A stretch of DNA of 64,000 nt from NCBI GenBank assembly GCA_965225945.1, contig CBDDBZ010000004.1, forward strand, positions 9,240 to 73,239, in the 5' to 3' direction. The translations under genes and the position numbers were made by a program. Shown one piece after another: positions 19,389 to 29,738 of the stretch (positions are counted from its first letter, which is position 1; each line of letters opens with the position of its first letter). Source of the stretch: Alphaproteobacteria bacterium. Its GTDB lineage: Bacteria; Pseudomonadota; Alphaproteobacteria; GCA-2731375. Below the pieces are notes generated by a model. That model did not search any database, was not told where the DNA came from, and saw only the letters and a list, made by a program, of their open reading frames with translations.

Positions 19389-20792
19389 TCAGCCGAGATC
19401 GGGTCGCCGGCCGATCGGACGCGCGGCCTGATAGGCGGCGGCGGCGCGCAGCACTAGGTCCTCGCGGAAATTGTCGGCGACGATTTGCAGGCCGACCGGC
19501 AGCCCCTCCGGGGTAAAGCCGCAGGGGATGGAGCAGGCGGGCTGCTGCGTGAGGTTGAAGGGATAGCTGAAGGGCGTCCACTCCAGCCAGTAGCCGACTC
19601 GGCGCCGGTCGGCTGGATGCAGGCGGCCGACGTCGAAGGCCGCCACCGCGAGCGCCGGCGTCAGCAGCAGGTCGTAATTCTGGTGGAACAGCCGCATGTG
19701 CATGCCGAGATCGAAGCGACGGGCGGCGGCGACATGCGCCTCGGCCGCCGTGATCTGGCACCCCTCGGCGATGATCTCCCGCAACTCGGGATCCATCAGG
19801 GCGATCTTCTCATCGCCGTAGGCGCCGAAGGCGCCGGCCGCGCCGACCCACCATAGGGTACGGAAGATCTCGGTCGGATCCTCGAAGCCGGGATCGACCT
19901 CCTCGACGACGGCGCCCATCTCCTCGAAGCTCTCGGCCGCGTCGGCGACCAAGCGGGCGACGTCGGGATCCACCCGCGCATGGCCGAGGGCCGGCGAGAA
20001 GGCGATTTTGAGGTCGCGGACACCCGCCTCCAGAGAGGCGGTGAAGTCGATTTCCCGATAGGGCAGCGCGCTCCAATCGCGAGGGTCCGGTTCGGCGATG
20101 ACGTTCAGCATCAGGCCTGCGTCCTCCACCGTCCGGGTCAGCGGCCCGGTGTGCGAGAGCGTGCCCATGGCACTCGCCGGCCAGGAGGGGACCCGACCGA
20201 AATTCGCCTTGATGCCGAAGCAGCCCGAGAAGGCCGAGGGGATGCGGATCGAGCCGCCGCCATCGGACCCGATGGCGAGCGCGCACATGCCGGAGGTCAC
20301 GGCCGCGGCCGCGCCGGCGGAGGAGCCGCCGGGCGTCTTCGCCGGGTTCCAGGGGTTGCGGGTGGTACCGGTCAGCGGTGAATCGCCGAGACCCTTCCAG
20401 CCGAACTCCGGCGTCGTGGTCTTGCCCAGAAGAATCGCTCCGTGCTCCCTCAACCGTTCGACGCAGGGCGCGTCCACGTCCCACGGGCCTTCCGCGTCGG
20501 TGGTGAGGGAGCCCCTGAGCGTCGACCAGCCCTTGGTCGCCATCAGATCCTTGATCGAGGTCGGCACGCCATCGACCAAGCCCTTGGGCTCAGCCCGTCG
20601 CCAGCGGGCCTCCGAGGCCCGCGCCTCGGCCATCGCCGCCTCGGAATCGACCAGGCGGAAGGCGTTGAGGGTGCCGTCGACCGCATCGATCCGGGTCAGC
20701 ACGGCTTCCGTCACCTCGACCGGCGACAGATCGCCCTTGGCGTAGCGGGCCACCAGCTCCACCGCCGACAGGTAAATCAGCTCTTCGGACAC
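19389..20792 (-). CDS. Amidase signature family enzyme
   Basis: IKD, GKTTTPEFG, GGSSAG, GSDGGGSIRIP. Confidence 0.94.
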   Translation of the reverse strand: MSEELIYLSAVELVARYAKGDLSPVEVTEAVLTRIDAVDGTLNAFRLVDSEAAMAEARASEARWRRAEPKGLVDGVPTSIKDLMATKGWSTLRGSLTTDAEGPWDVDAPCVERLREHGAILLGKTTTPEFGWKGLGDSPLTGTTRNPWNPAKTPGGSSAGAAAAVTSGMCALAIGSDGGGSIRIPSAFSGCFGIKANFGRVPSWPASAMGTLSHTGPLTRTVEDAGLMLNVIAEPDPRDWSALPYREIDFTASLEAGVRDLKIAFSPALGHARVDPDVARLVADAAESFEEMGAVVEEVDPGFEDPTEIFRTLWWVGAAGAFGAYGDEKIALMDPELREIIAEGCQITAAEAHVAAARRFDLGMHMRLFHQNYDLLLTPALAVAAFDVGRLHPADRRRVGYWLEWTPFSYPFNLTQQPACSIPCGFTPEGLPVGLQIVADNFREDLVLRAAAAYQAARPIGRRPDLG

Positions 20793-20994
20793 GAGGGTCC
20801 CTCCCCGATGCGCGAATGCGGGTCGCGGAAGCTTCTATCATTTTGCATCGCCGCGCAAAGCGGGTGAACATGGCGCGCGATGCGCCGGGGGTAGATTGAG
20901 CGCGCGCGATCGAGGCCGCGTTCGAGCACGACATGGACGGGCTCGATTCCGTCGGCCCCGGGTTCCGAGCGCACCCAGCGAGGAGGAAATCCCC

Positions 20995-21888
20995 ATGCCC
21001 CAGCCCCTTCGGCTCGGCGAGGTCACCGTGCAACGGGTCATCGACATGGAAAGCCCGGCGTTCGCGCCGAGCACTCTGCTGCCCGACGCCACGCCCGAGG
21101 CGATCCGGCCCTATCTCGACTGGCTAACGCCGCGCTTCGTGGACCCGGCGACGGGCAAGCTGATCCTCGCGATCCAAACCTATGTCGTGCGCACCCGCCA
21201 TCACACAATTCTGATCGACACCTGTGTCGGCGAAGACAAGGAACGCAGCTTCAGCCCCGATTGGCACATGCGCTCCGGCACCCGCTATCTCGCCGATCTG
21301 GCCGCCGCCGGGGTCCGGCCGGAAGAGGTGGATTTCGTCATGTGTACCCACCTCCATCCCGATCATGTCGGCTGGAACACGCGCCTGGTGGACGGACGTT
21401 GGGTGCCGACCTTCCCCAATGCACGCTACGTCTTCGCGGCTGAGGAATGGGAGTTCTGGGAACCCAAGTTCCGCCGCGATCCCCGCAAATTCGGCGACGG
21501 CGCCGGCCTCGATAGCGTGCTGCCGATCGTCGAGGCGGGCCGCGCCGAGATGGTCGAGGGCGACCACGCGCTGGACGACGATGTTCGGCTGGAGCCGACG
21601 CCGGGCCACACTCCCGGCCATGTCGCGGTGCGCATCGGTGGGCGCGAGGACGGCGCGGTGATGACGGGCGACCTGATCCATTCGGTGCTGCAGTGCGCCG
21701 AGCCCGACTGGTGCTCCGCCGCTTGTTTCGACAAGGAACGCTCCCGCGCCACCCGCCGGCGCATCCTGGAGGAGAGCGCAGAGAACCGGACCCTGATGAT
21801 GACGGCCCACTTCCCCTCGCCCTCGATCGGCCGCGCGGTCCGCCAGGGCGACGTTTTCGGCTTTGACTTCCTCGAGGACGACGTCTGA
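20995..21888 (+). CDS. MBL-fold hydrolase (lactonase-like)
   Basis: THLHPDHVGWN, PTFPNARY, PGHTPGH, GDLIH; GAGGAGG RBS. Confidence 0.92.
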   Translation: MPQPLRLGEVTVQRVIDMESPAFAPSTLLPDATPEAIRPYLDWLTPRFVDPATGKLILAIQTYVVRTRHHTILIDTCVGEDKERSFSPDWHMRSGTRYLADLAAAGVRPEEVDFVMCTHLHPDHVGWNTRLVDGRWVPTFPNARYVFAAEEWEFWEPKFRRDPRKFGDGAGLDSVLPIVEAGRAEMVEGDHALDDDVRLEPTPGHTPGHVAVRIGGREDGAVMTGDLIHSVLQCAEPDWCSAACFDKERSRATRRRILEESAENRTLMMTAHFPSPSIGRAVRQGDVFGFDFLEDDV

Positions 21889-21915
21889 GAGAGGCGACAA
21901 GGAGGACGATCCCCC

Positions 21916-23016
21916 ATGCGACGCATCATGGCGGCCCTCGCCGCCCTCGCCTGCGTCCTTCTCCTCGCCACCCCGGCCTGGACCGCCGAGGACGGCTTTC
22001 GCGTCGGCAACTGGTTCGGGGAAACCCGGCGGAATGCGGCGGGACGCTTCGCGTTCTGCGCCGTCAGCATCCAGAACGAGGCCAAGGTCTTCCTTACCCT
22101 CACGATGCGGCGGAAGGGCCGCCTGGACCTCGCGCTCTCCAACCGGAGTTGGACCCTCGACGAAGGCGAATACAGCGGTGCCCGGCTGATCATCGACGAA
22201 CAGGGGATCGGGGGATTCTTCGCCCGGGCGCTCAGCCGAGAAATGCTGGAGATCAATCTGCACGGCCCGACGACGCTTCGCCATAGGATCGCCAACTCCC
22301 GGAGCCTGATCGTGCGGTTGGCCGGGGTGGAGCACGGCTTCGAAATGAAAGACGCCGGCCGCGCCCTCTCGGCGCTCGAGTCCTGCGTCGCCCGAGAGCG
22401 AAAGGCGCGGCTTCCGCCACGCGTATTTCGCGTACCCGCGCGGAAGCCGAAAGCCGCGCCGGCGGCGGGCTCGAAAAAGGACGAGGCACCGCCGGCGCCC
22501 ACCGCGGCGGATTCCCATCCCTTCGGGAAGGGCAAGCGCTGGAGGCTGCCCGCCGACGCGAAAGGTTGGGAAGAGGCGATTAAACGGCTGATGGCGGCGG
22601 CGGGGCACGACGACGTGATCTTCGTCTCGCCTGAGATCATGCGCGAGACGGCGGGTTTCGACGTCGCGCTCGGCTGGGTCGCCGACAAGACGCTCGGCTT
22701 CGTCCAGCCGCTCGCCGACCAAGCCAGGCTTCGAGGCTTTGTCACCGAGGCGTTGCTGCCGGCGATGGAGACGCATTGCCCGGGCGCCCTCAGGCCCGGC
22801 CCGATGCGCCGCGCGGAGGCGGGCGACATCCTGGTGTTCGAGCAGTCGGCGAGCTGTCAGGGCTCGCCCACCGGCCTCGGCGTCCACTCACTGCTGTTGA
22901 TGCTGCCAGGCGAACCGCCGCGACTCCTCGGCTTCTCCCGCGCCGAGCGGGAACGCGAGGCGAGGCCGAAACTGGCGCTCCTCAAGTCCTTGGTGACCAC
23001 CGGGTCGCAGCCCTGA
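21916..23016 (+). CDS. Secreted hypothetical protein
   Basis: AAGGAGG RBS, Sec signal peptide, two domains separated by a Pro/Ala linker. Confidence 0.7.
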   Translation: MRRIMAALAALACVLLLATPAWTAEDGFRVGNWFGETRRNAAGRFAFCAVSIQNEAKVFLTLTMRRKGRLDLALSNRSWTLDEGEYSGARLIIDEQGIGGFFARALSREMLEINLHGPTTLRHRIANSRSLIVRLAGVEHGFEMKDAGRALSALESCVARERKARLPPRVFRVPARKPKAAPAAGSKKDEAPPAPTAADSHPFGKGKRWRLPADAKGWEEAIKRLMAAAGHDDVIFVSPEIMRETAGFDVALGWVADKTLGFVQPLADQARLRGFVTEALLPAMETHCPGALRPGPMRRAEAGDILVFEQSASCQGSPTGLGVHSLLLMLPGEPPRLLGFSRAEREREARPKLALLKSLVTTGSQP

Positions 23017-23187
23017 GGCGGCCTCGAGGTGGACTTCGCGCCGTGGCGGCGTTGCGGCTATACTCCCACCCCTCGGGACCGAGGGAGAGTGAGGCGCGCT
23101 CCCGGGCCGCCTCGTCGGGGGACCGATCGATCGCGCCGAGGCATGACGCCGGACGCCGGCTGGAGATCATGTAAGAGGAATGAAGCA

Positions 23188-24906
23188 ATGCCCACGCGCA
23201 ACCTCGCCGTCCTCGTGATCTTGCTCGTCATGCTCGCGACCCCGGCGCGGGCAAATTTTTCGCTCGGACAGAACCTCTTCTCCGCCGGTGATTACACGGG
23301 CGCGTTGGAAGCTTGGCGTCCGCTCGCCGAGGCCGGCGACACCCGCGCGCAATACAGCCTGGGCGTGATTTACGAAAAGGGTCTCGGCGTCGGCAAGGAT
23401 ATCGCCAAGGCGGCCGAGTGGTACCGCAAGGCGGCGGATCAGGGATACGCCCCCGCGATCACCGCGCTCAGAGCCGCCAAGCGTCGATTGGGGCCGCCAC
23501 CGTCGGCGAAGCCATCGCCACGACCGAAGCCGAAGGTCGCGACGCCGCCCCGGCCCAAGGCGATGTCGGAGCGGGACCATATCGAACTGCTGGTGCGGGA
23601 GATGCTCCGCCAAGCCGACCTGCACCTCCGCGCCGGCGTGCTCGAGCACGGCGATGTCGACGTCGCGGACGAAGGCGGCGGCTATCGCGCCGAGATCGAG
23701 AGCCTTTCCTTCACCGACGGCCGCGGCAGTCGGATCGACATCGGCGACGTCGTACTGCACTTCGCCCGCCAGGGTGATCGCTACTACCGGATTACGCCGA
23801 GAATACCCAAATCGTTGAAGTTTTACGAACAGGGCGGTTCGCCACCGAGCCAGATACGCATCGGCTCGCAACGAGGCGAGTTCGTCTGGGATCGCGACCT
23901 GGAGATCATGGTCGATATGGACATGACCTATGGCGACATGCGGATCGTCGACGAAAAGGGGCGCGAGAAGGCCCGCTTCGGCGAAATGTCGATGACCTCG
24001 GATCTGGTCGAAAAGGGCGGCAGGTGGTCGGGGCCGATGGCGCTTCGGATCCGCGATGTCGAGGCGAGCGAAAAAAATGCCGGCAGCTTCCGTCTCGGCG
24101 AGCTCGCCTTCGTCGTCCGGGTCGAGAATTTGGACATGGTGCGCTATGCCCGCCTGTCGCGCGGCCTCGCCAGCGGCGAGACGACACCCGATCGTCTGCT
24201 GCAAGGCTTCGGCCAACTGCTGTCCGGCTTCTCGGTCGCGTTCAGCTTCGACGACTTGGTGGCGGGACCCACCGGCCAACCGCCGGCGAGGCTTCAGCGC
24301 CTCGAATATGGCCTGTCGCTCTCCGGAATCGACCGTCCCCTCGCCTCCCTCGCCATGCGCTACGGCCATCGCGGCCTCGCCGGCCAAGCACCCGTCGTCC
24401 CCCTCCAAGTCCCCCGTGAGGCCGGCCTCGCCCTGACCCTCGATCGCCTGCCGATCGAAACCGTGGTAAAGGCCGGCGTCGCGGCACTGCTCGAATACTG
24501 GTTCTTCGGCGAGGTCGCCTCCGGCAGCGCCGTCTACAACGAGTTGCGCGCCGCGCTCACCGAGGCGCGGACGGAACTGCGGATCGAGGACGGCGCGCTT
24601 GCGGCACCCGACCACCTCATCGGGCTCGCCGGCAACTTCGCCGCCGATGCCCAGGCCATCTTGGGCATCTCGGGCCAGGCCAGGCTGACGGTGGCCGGCC
24701 TCAACGGCATTCTCGCCCAATTCCGAGCGGGCCGCCCGGCGCCGAAGCGACCCGAGATGTCACTGGAAAACGTCCTGCGCCAGATGGGCCGGCGCTCGGC
24801 CGACGGCCAGACCTACGCCTACGACATCTCGGTGGACCGCCAGGGGAAGTTCCTGATCAACGGGCAGAGCGCCGCGCCGCTGATGGCGGCGATGTTCGCC
24901 AATTGA
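23188..24906 (+). CDS. Secreted Sel1-repeat protein with large C-terminal beta-rich domain
   Basis: Signal peptide; AQYSLGVIYEKGLGV.KD..KAAEWYRKAADQG; Pro-rich linker. Confidence 0.8.
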   Translation: MPTRNLAVLVILLVMLATPARANFSLGQNLFSAGDYTGALEAWRPLAEAGDTRAQYSLGVIYEKGLGVGKDIAKAAEWYRKAADQGYAPAITALRAAKRRLGPPPSAKPSPRPKPKVATPPRPKAMSERDHIELLVREMLRQADLHLRAGVLEHGDVDVADEGGGYRAEIESLSFTDGRGSRIDIGDVVLHFARQGDRYYRITPRIPKSLKFYEQGGSPPSQIRIGSQRGEFVWDRDLEIMVDMDMTYGDMRIVDEKGREKARFGEMSMTSDLVEKGGRWSGPMALRIRDVEASEKNAGSFRLGELAFVVRVENLDMVRYARLSRGLASGETTPDRLLQGFGQLLSGFSVAFSFDDLVAGPTGQPPARLQRLEYGLSLSGIDRPLASLAMRYGHRGLAGQAPVVPLQVPREAGLALTLDRLPIETVVKAGVAALLEYWFFGEVASGSAVYNELRAALTEARTELRIEDGALAAPDHLIGLAGNFAADAQAILGISGQARLTVAGLNGILAQFRAGRPAPKRPEMSLENVLRQMGRRSADGQTYAYDISVDRQGKFLINGQSAAPLMAAMFAN

Positions 24907-24920
24907 TACGAGGCGACCCT

Positions 24921-25877
24921 CTAGCGATCGAAATCCACCGCGGTCGAGTTGCCGCCGCTGACGACGATGCCGACATGCTCGCCGGGACTCGCTCGATAGG
25001 CGCCGGAATGGACCGCGGCGAAGGCCGCGGCGCCTCCGGGCTCGACGACAATCCGCAGCGCCTTCCATAAGGCCTCTTGGGCCGCTCGGATCGCCTCGTC
25101 TTGGACCAGCAGGACACCGGCCATATAGCTTCGGGCGAGCGGAAACATCAGCTCGCCGACACGGCGCGGCGCCAAGGAATCGGCGGCGATGCCGCCCGCC
25201 GGGGCGTCGACGGGCGCGCCCGCCTGCAACGCGCGGTGGAGTGTCGGCGCGCTTGATGGCTCGACCCCGATCAGCTTGACCGCGCCCCTATTCCAGGCCG
25301 CGAGGCCACCGGCCAGACCACCACCGCCGACGCCGACCAGGACCGTGTCGACATCCCCGGCCTGCGCCCCGAACTCGCGACCGAGGGTGCCCTGGCCCAA
25401 AAGTGTCATCGGATGGTCGAAGGCGTGAACCTCGATGGCGCCGGAGTCCGCGATCCACGCCTGGCTCGCGGCAAGCGCATCGCCATAGAGCGCGCCGCCG
25501 ACCACGAGTTCGGCGCCGTAGTCGCGGATGCGGGCGATCTTGGCGGGGGAGGAGATGCTCGGCACGAAGATCATGGCCGCGACGCCCAGGCGCATCGCGG
25601 CGTAGGCGACCGCCGCGCCGTGATTGCCGCCCGAGGCCGCGACCACGCCCGCCGACGGGATCTCGCGGCCGAGCAGGTGCGCGAAGGCGCCCCGCGCCTT
25701 GAACGACCCCGAATGCTGTAGCAGCTCCAGCTTGAGCGTGATCCGCGCGAACTCCCGCCCGACGTCGGCGCCCTCGATGTCGACGACGGGGGTCTGGCGA
25801 ATATAGGGCGCGATCCGCTCGTGGGTCTCGGTGATAGCCTCCGGCGTGAGCGCCGGGTCGACGGCTACAGCGTCCAC
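24921..25877 (-). CDS. Threonine/serine dehydratase (PLP fold II)
   Basis: KLELLQHSGSFKARGA, ASGGNHG, VGGGGL, SGGN; GTG start overlaps the upstream stop. Confidence 0.92.
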   Translation of the reverse strand: MDAVAVDPALTPEAITETHERIAPYIRQTPVVDIEGADVGREFARITLKLELLQHSGSFKARGAFAHLLGREIPSAGVVAASGGNHGAAVAYAAMRLGVAAMIFVPSISSPAKIARIRDYGAELVVGGALYGDALAASQAWIADSGAIEVHAFDHPMTLLGQGTLGREFGAQAGDVDTVLVGVGGGGLAGGLAAWNRGAVKLIGVEPSSAPTLHRALQAGAPVDAPAGGIAADSLAPRRVGELMFPLARSYMAGVLLVQDEAIRAAQEALWKALRIVVEPGGAAAFAAVHSGAYRASPGEHVGIVVSGGNSTAVDFDR

Positions 25878-26731
25878 TCGTTGCCCGCCTCCTCGCCGGC
25901 CACGGTGGTGCGCACCATCACGCGCGGCTGGTCGCCGGGATAACCGTGGCCCCGGTGTAGGACACAGCGATTGTCCCAGATCACCAAATCGCCCGGCCGC
26001 CAGGAATGCTTGTAGGTCCGGGGCGCCCGGCAGGCGTCCTCGCAGAGCGATATCAGAAGGCTCCGACTCTCCTCCACGTCCTCGCCCTTGATATGGCTGG
26101 CGTGCCGGCCGATGTAGAGGTTCTTGCGGGCCGTCGCCGAATGGGTGCGGATCACCGGATGCTCGACAGGCGGCACGGCGTTCCACTCGTCCTCGCTCAG
26201 CGCCTTCATGCCGCCGACTTGGGCTTGGCTGTAGCCGTAGCTGTGCACGGCGATCTTGTCGTCCAGTCGATCCCGTAGTTCGCCATCCAGCTCGTCGTAG
26301 GCGGCGCGCATGTCGGCGAACTCGGTCTCGCCACCCTCGCTCGGGACCTGGCAGGCCCGGAGCAGCGAGGCCATCGCCGGCACCCGCTTGAACGAGCTGT
26401 CGGTGTGCCAGTAGCTGTTTCCCTTCAAGAACAGGCCGTGCGAGCTCTCCGGCTTCCAAAGGTCGCCACCCTCCTTGACGTTGGAGAGGACGATCACTTC
26501 CGGGTTGTCGCCGATGTTGTTGGCGGTGACTTTGCGTTCCAACGATCCGAAGCGCCGGCTGAAGGCGATGTGCGTCTCGTCGCACAAGTTCTGTTCGGGG
26601 AAGGCCAAAACGGCGTGTCGGTGCCAGGCCTGCTCGATATGGGCGAAGGTCTCGTCGTCGATCTCGGCCAGGTCGAGGCCGGTGACGACGGCGCCGAGGG
26701 TGTTTTCGGTGGGCGTGATTGTCAACATCAT
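25865..26731 (-). CDS. TauD/TfdA family 2OG dioxygenase
   Basis: WHTDSS, GGETEFAD, HPVIRTH, WDNRCVLHR. Confidence 0.94.
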   Translation of the reverse strand: MMLTITPTENTLGAVVTGLDLAEIDDETFAHIEQAWHRHAVLAFPEQNLCDETHIAFSRRFGSLERKVTANNIGDNPEVIVLSNVKEGGDLWKPESSHGLFLKGNSYWHTDSSFKRVPAMASLLRACQVPSEGGETEFADMRAAYDELDGELRDRLDDKIAVHSYGYSQAQVGGMKALSEDEWNAVPPVEHPVIRTHSATARKNLYIGRHASHIKGEDVEESRSLLISLCEDACRAPRTYKHSWRPGDLVIWDNRCVLHRGHGYPGDQPRVMVRTTVAGEEAGNEWTL

Positions 26732-26792
26732 GTCGATCTCTCTCCTTCGGGCGCGGCGATTTTCCCTCATTCGGGAGGAAATTTAAAGCCGC

Positions 26793-27410
26793 TCATTCCG
26801 ACGCCTCGGTCCTCGCGCCACGGCGCAGTTCGTCGCGGTTGAGAGCCAGCCATTGGAGCGCGATGACGGCGGGGCTGGCAGTCACGCGGCCCTCGGCGAG
26901 GGCCGCCATCGCCGCCGCGAATTCGAGCACGACGACGCGGATGTCCTCGCCCTCCTCGGCCAAGCCGTGCACTCCGCCGGCACCACGCGCATCGACCTCG
27001 GCGTGGAAAATCGCGATGGTTTCCGACAGCACGCCGGGCGAGGTGTAGTAGGTCAGGATCGGCGTCGTGTTCCCGAGCTCGAGGCCGGCCTCCTCCATGG
27101 CCTCGCGCCGGGCCACCTCGACCAAATCCTCGCCCCGCTCGACGATGCCGGCGACGATTTCCAGCAACCAAGGGGCATCGTCCCCCCGGACCACGGCGCC
27201 GATCCGAAGCTGCTCCACCATCACCACCTCGTCGCGCGCCGCATCGTAGGGCAGGACCGCCACGGCGTGGCCGCGCTCGATCACTTCGCGGGTGAGTTCC
27301 CCACTCCAGCCGCCGGCATGGAGGCGGTGGCGAAGCCGCGTCTTCCGGACCTCGAGATAGCCGTCATAGGCGATCTCTCGCCCGAGAATTTCGACGTCGC
27401 CTCGATCCAT
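26793..27410 (-). CDS. nudF: NUDIX hydrolase, ADP-ribose pyrophosphatase
   Basis: Nudix box AGIVERGE....ARREAMEEAG; ERGHAVAVLPYD. Confidence 0.85.
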   Translation of the reverse strand: MDRGDVEILGREIAYDGYLEVRKTRLRHRLHAGGWSGELTREVIERGHAVAVLPYDAARDEVVMVEQLRIGAVVRGDDAPWLLEIVAGIVERGEDLVEVARREAMEEAGLELGNTTPILTYYTSPGVLSETIAIFHAEVDARGAGGVHGLAEEGEDIRVVVLEFAAAMAALAEGRVTASPAVIALQWLALNRDELRRGARTEASE

Positions 27411-27422
27411 GTCTCAGTACCC

Positions 27423-28703
27423 CTAGTCCACATCCGCGTCCGGGTCGGGCGGCACGATGCGCCGGACCAGCGGGCCGATGGTGAGCCCCTGAACGATGAT
27501 CGAGAAGACCACGACGCCGTAACAGGCGACGACGATCGCGTCCTTGGCGCCGGACGCCGGCAGGGAGAGCGCCAGCGCCACGGAGATTCCGCCCCGGAGG
27601 CCGCCCCAGGTCAGCACCCGGATCGCGCCTCGGGTGAACTCGCCGAAGGCGCCGAGCACGCGAATGGGAATGCCGACGGAAACAAAGCGGGCGGCGAGCA
27701 CGATCGGGATCGCCGCCAGCGCCGCCGCCAGATAGGGCCCCTCGAACGGCAGCAGCAGGATCTCCAGGCCGATCAGCAGGAACAGGATCGCGTTCAGGAT
27801 CTCGTCGATCAGGCTCCAGAAGTTGGTGAGATGGGTGCGGGTGCTCTCGCTCATCGCCAGACGCTTGCCGTGGTTGCCGATCAGCAGGCCGGCGCAGACC
27901 ATGGCGATCGGGCCGGAGACGTGCAGCATCTGGGCGATCTGGTAGCCGCCGATCACCAGGGCGAGGGTCATGATGATCTCGAGGTTGAACTCGTCGATCC
28001 GCCGCATGGCGGCGAAGACGATCCCGCCCAAGACGATCCCGAGCACGGCGCCGACCACCGCCTCCTGGAGGAAGAGGACCACGACGCCGGCCGGATCGAC
28101 GCCGCCTCCCTCCCCGCCACCGCCGACGGCGATCGACAGCAGGATGGCGAAGATCACCACGCCGACGCCGTCGTTGAACAGGCTCTCGCCGGCGATCTTG
28201 GCCTCGAGGCTGACCGGTACCCGGGTCGTCTTCAGAATGCCGAGCACCGCCACCGGATCGGTCGGCGCAATCAGCGCGCCGAACAGCAGGCAATAGATGA
28301 AGGCGATCTCGATCCCCAGCGCACCGAACACCAGCGACATGGCGCCGCCGACCAGGAAGGTCGACAGCAGCACGCCGAAGGTCGCCATGCTGGCGATTGC
28401 CCATTTCTGATTAGCGAGCTGCGAGAGATCGACATGCAGCGCGCCGGCGAAGAGCAGGAAGCTCAACATGACCTGCATCAACGCCTCGTAAAAATCGATT
28501 TTGAGCAGCGAGGCACGCAGGGATTCACCGAGGCCGAAGCCCGGCACCAGCGCGTCGATACCGAGTGCCACGAGCGAGACGGCGAGCGCGATCACCACCA
28601 GTCCGATCGAGGTCGGCAGGCGGAGGAAATGATGATTGAGGTAGCCGAAAAGGGCGGCGAGCGTCAGCAACACCGCGACCGCGTCCAGGAGCGGCTTGCT
28701 CAC
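27423..28703 (-). CDS. CPA1 (NhaP-type) Na+/H+ antiporter
   Basis: [21 protein letters not shown]; many TM helices. Confidence 0.92.
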   Translation of the reverse strand: MSKPLLDAVAVLLTLAALFGYLNHHFLRLPTSIGLVVIALAVSLVALGIDALVPGFGLGESLRASLLKIDFYEALMQVMLSFLLFAGALHVDLSQLANQKWAIASMATFGVLLSTFLVGGAMSLVFGALGIEIAFIYCLLFGALIAPTDPVAVLGILKTTRVPVSLEAKIAGESLFNDGVGVVIFAILLSIAVGGGGEGGGVDPAGVVVLFLQEAVVGAVLGIVLGGIVFAAMRRIDEFNLEIIMTLALVIGGYQIAQMLHVSGPIAMVCAGLLIGNHGKRLAMSESTRTHLTNFWSLIDEILNAILFLLIGLEILLLPFEGPYLAAALAAIPIVLAARFVSVGIPIRVLGAFGEFTRGAIRVLTWGGLRGGISVALALSLPASGAKDAIVVACYGVVVFSIIVQGLTIGPLVRRIVPPDPDADVD

Positions 28704-29194
28704 GAGGCGAACTCCAGCCGGCGGGCCTCGGGCCCAAGACGGCGCCAGCGGCCGTCGAGCGCCGAGGGACGCGCCATCGCTCCCTCCCGCATCCAACGTT
28801 TCGCGCGGCGCAATTGGTGATCAAGGTGGTGGCGCCGCCAAGTCTCGAAATCCCAGGGCGCGCCGTCGTCGAAGAGCGGGGTTCGGGCGAGACAGGTTCG
28901 CGCCAACACCGCGCCGCCGCCCGCGCGGCGGACCAGCAGGTTGGCCATGCGGTACTCGGCGCCCTCGTAGAAGGCGATCCGTGCCGCGTCGCGCGCGGTC
29001 AGACCATCCACCAGCAGACCCTCGACGTGGGCCCCCGGCGCCGGCGCGAGGCAGGGGTAGTTTTCGCCGACGACGCCGCGGCACGCGTGGCCAGGGAGCC
29101 ACGCGGATGTCGAGCGCCGCGCGACGAGCGGGTGGCCGAGCACCACCTCGAGCAAGGCCGGATCGCGCAGCGTGCCGTAGAAGAAGAACCGCAT
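28700..29194 (-). CDS. Gamma-glutamylcyclotransferase family protein
   Basis: FFYGTL, YP.L, VEGLL, FYEG.EY. Confidence 0.85.
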   Translation of the reverse strand: MRFFFYGTLRDPALLEVVLGHPLVARRSTSAWLPGHACRGVVGENYPCLAPAPGAHVEGLLVDGLTARDAARIAFYEGAEYRMANLLVRRAGGGAVLARTCLARTPLFDDGAPWDFETWRRHHLDHQLRRAKRWMREGAMARPSALDGRWRRLGPEARRLEFAS

Positions 29195-29293
29195 GTCCGC
29201 TCGTCGTCAGCTTTTCTCGGGACGGCGGGTCGCCCCCGACGTCCGGGTTGTCGTAGCATAGTCGCCCGGACCACGGCGACAGGAAGATGCACG

Positions 29294-29731
29294 ATGGTGA
29301 TGCGGAGCCTTCTCGGCCCCCTCTTTCTGCTGGGCCTGTTGCTGGCGACGCCCATGGGTGGGCAGGCGCTGGAGCTTCCCGACGGCTCAGCCGATGCCAT
29401 TCGCCAGGTCATCGAACGTCAAATCGCGGCCTTCCGCGCGGACGACGGGGCCGCCGCCTTCGGCCACGCCTCGCCGACGGTCCGCCGCATCTTCGGCGAC
29501 GTCGAGACCTTCATGACCATGGTCAGGCGCGACTACCAGCCGGTCTACCGACCGACAACTTTCGAGTTTCGCGAGGTCGTGGAATGGCGCGGCCAGCCGA
29601 CGCAGGAGGTCGTCGTCGTCGGCCCGGACGGCCGGGTGGTGCTGGCGCTCTATTCTATGGAGCTGCAGCCGGACGGCGACTGGCTGATCAACGGCTGCAC
29701 GCTCGTGCGCCTCTCCGACCACGCGGCGTGA
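29294..29731 (+). CDS. DUF4864 secreted protein
   Basis: Signal peptide; VIERQIAAFRADD...FMTMVRRDYQPVYRP...W.INGC. Confidence 0.85.
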   Translation: MVMRSLLGPLFLLGLLLATPMGGQALELPDGSADAIRQVIERQIAAFRADDGAAAFGHASPTVRRIFGDVETFMTMVRRDYQPVYRPTTFEFREVVEWRGQPTQEVVVVGPDGRVVLALYSMELQPDGDWLINGCTLVRLSDHAA

Positions 29732-29738
29732 AGCGGGG

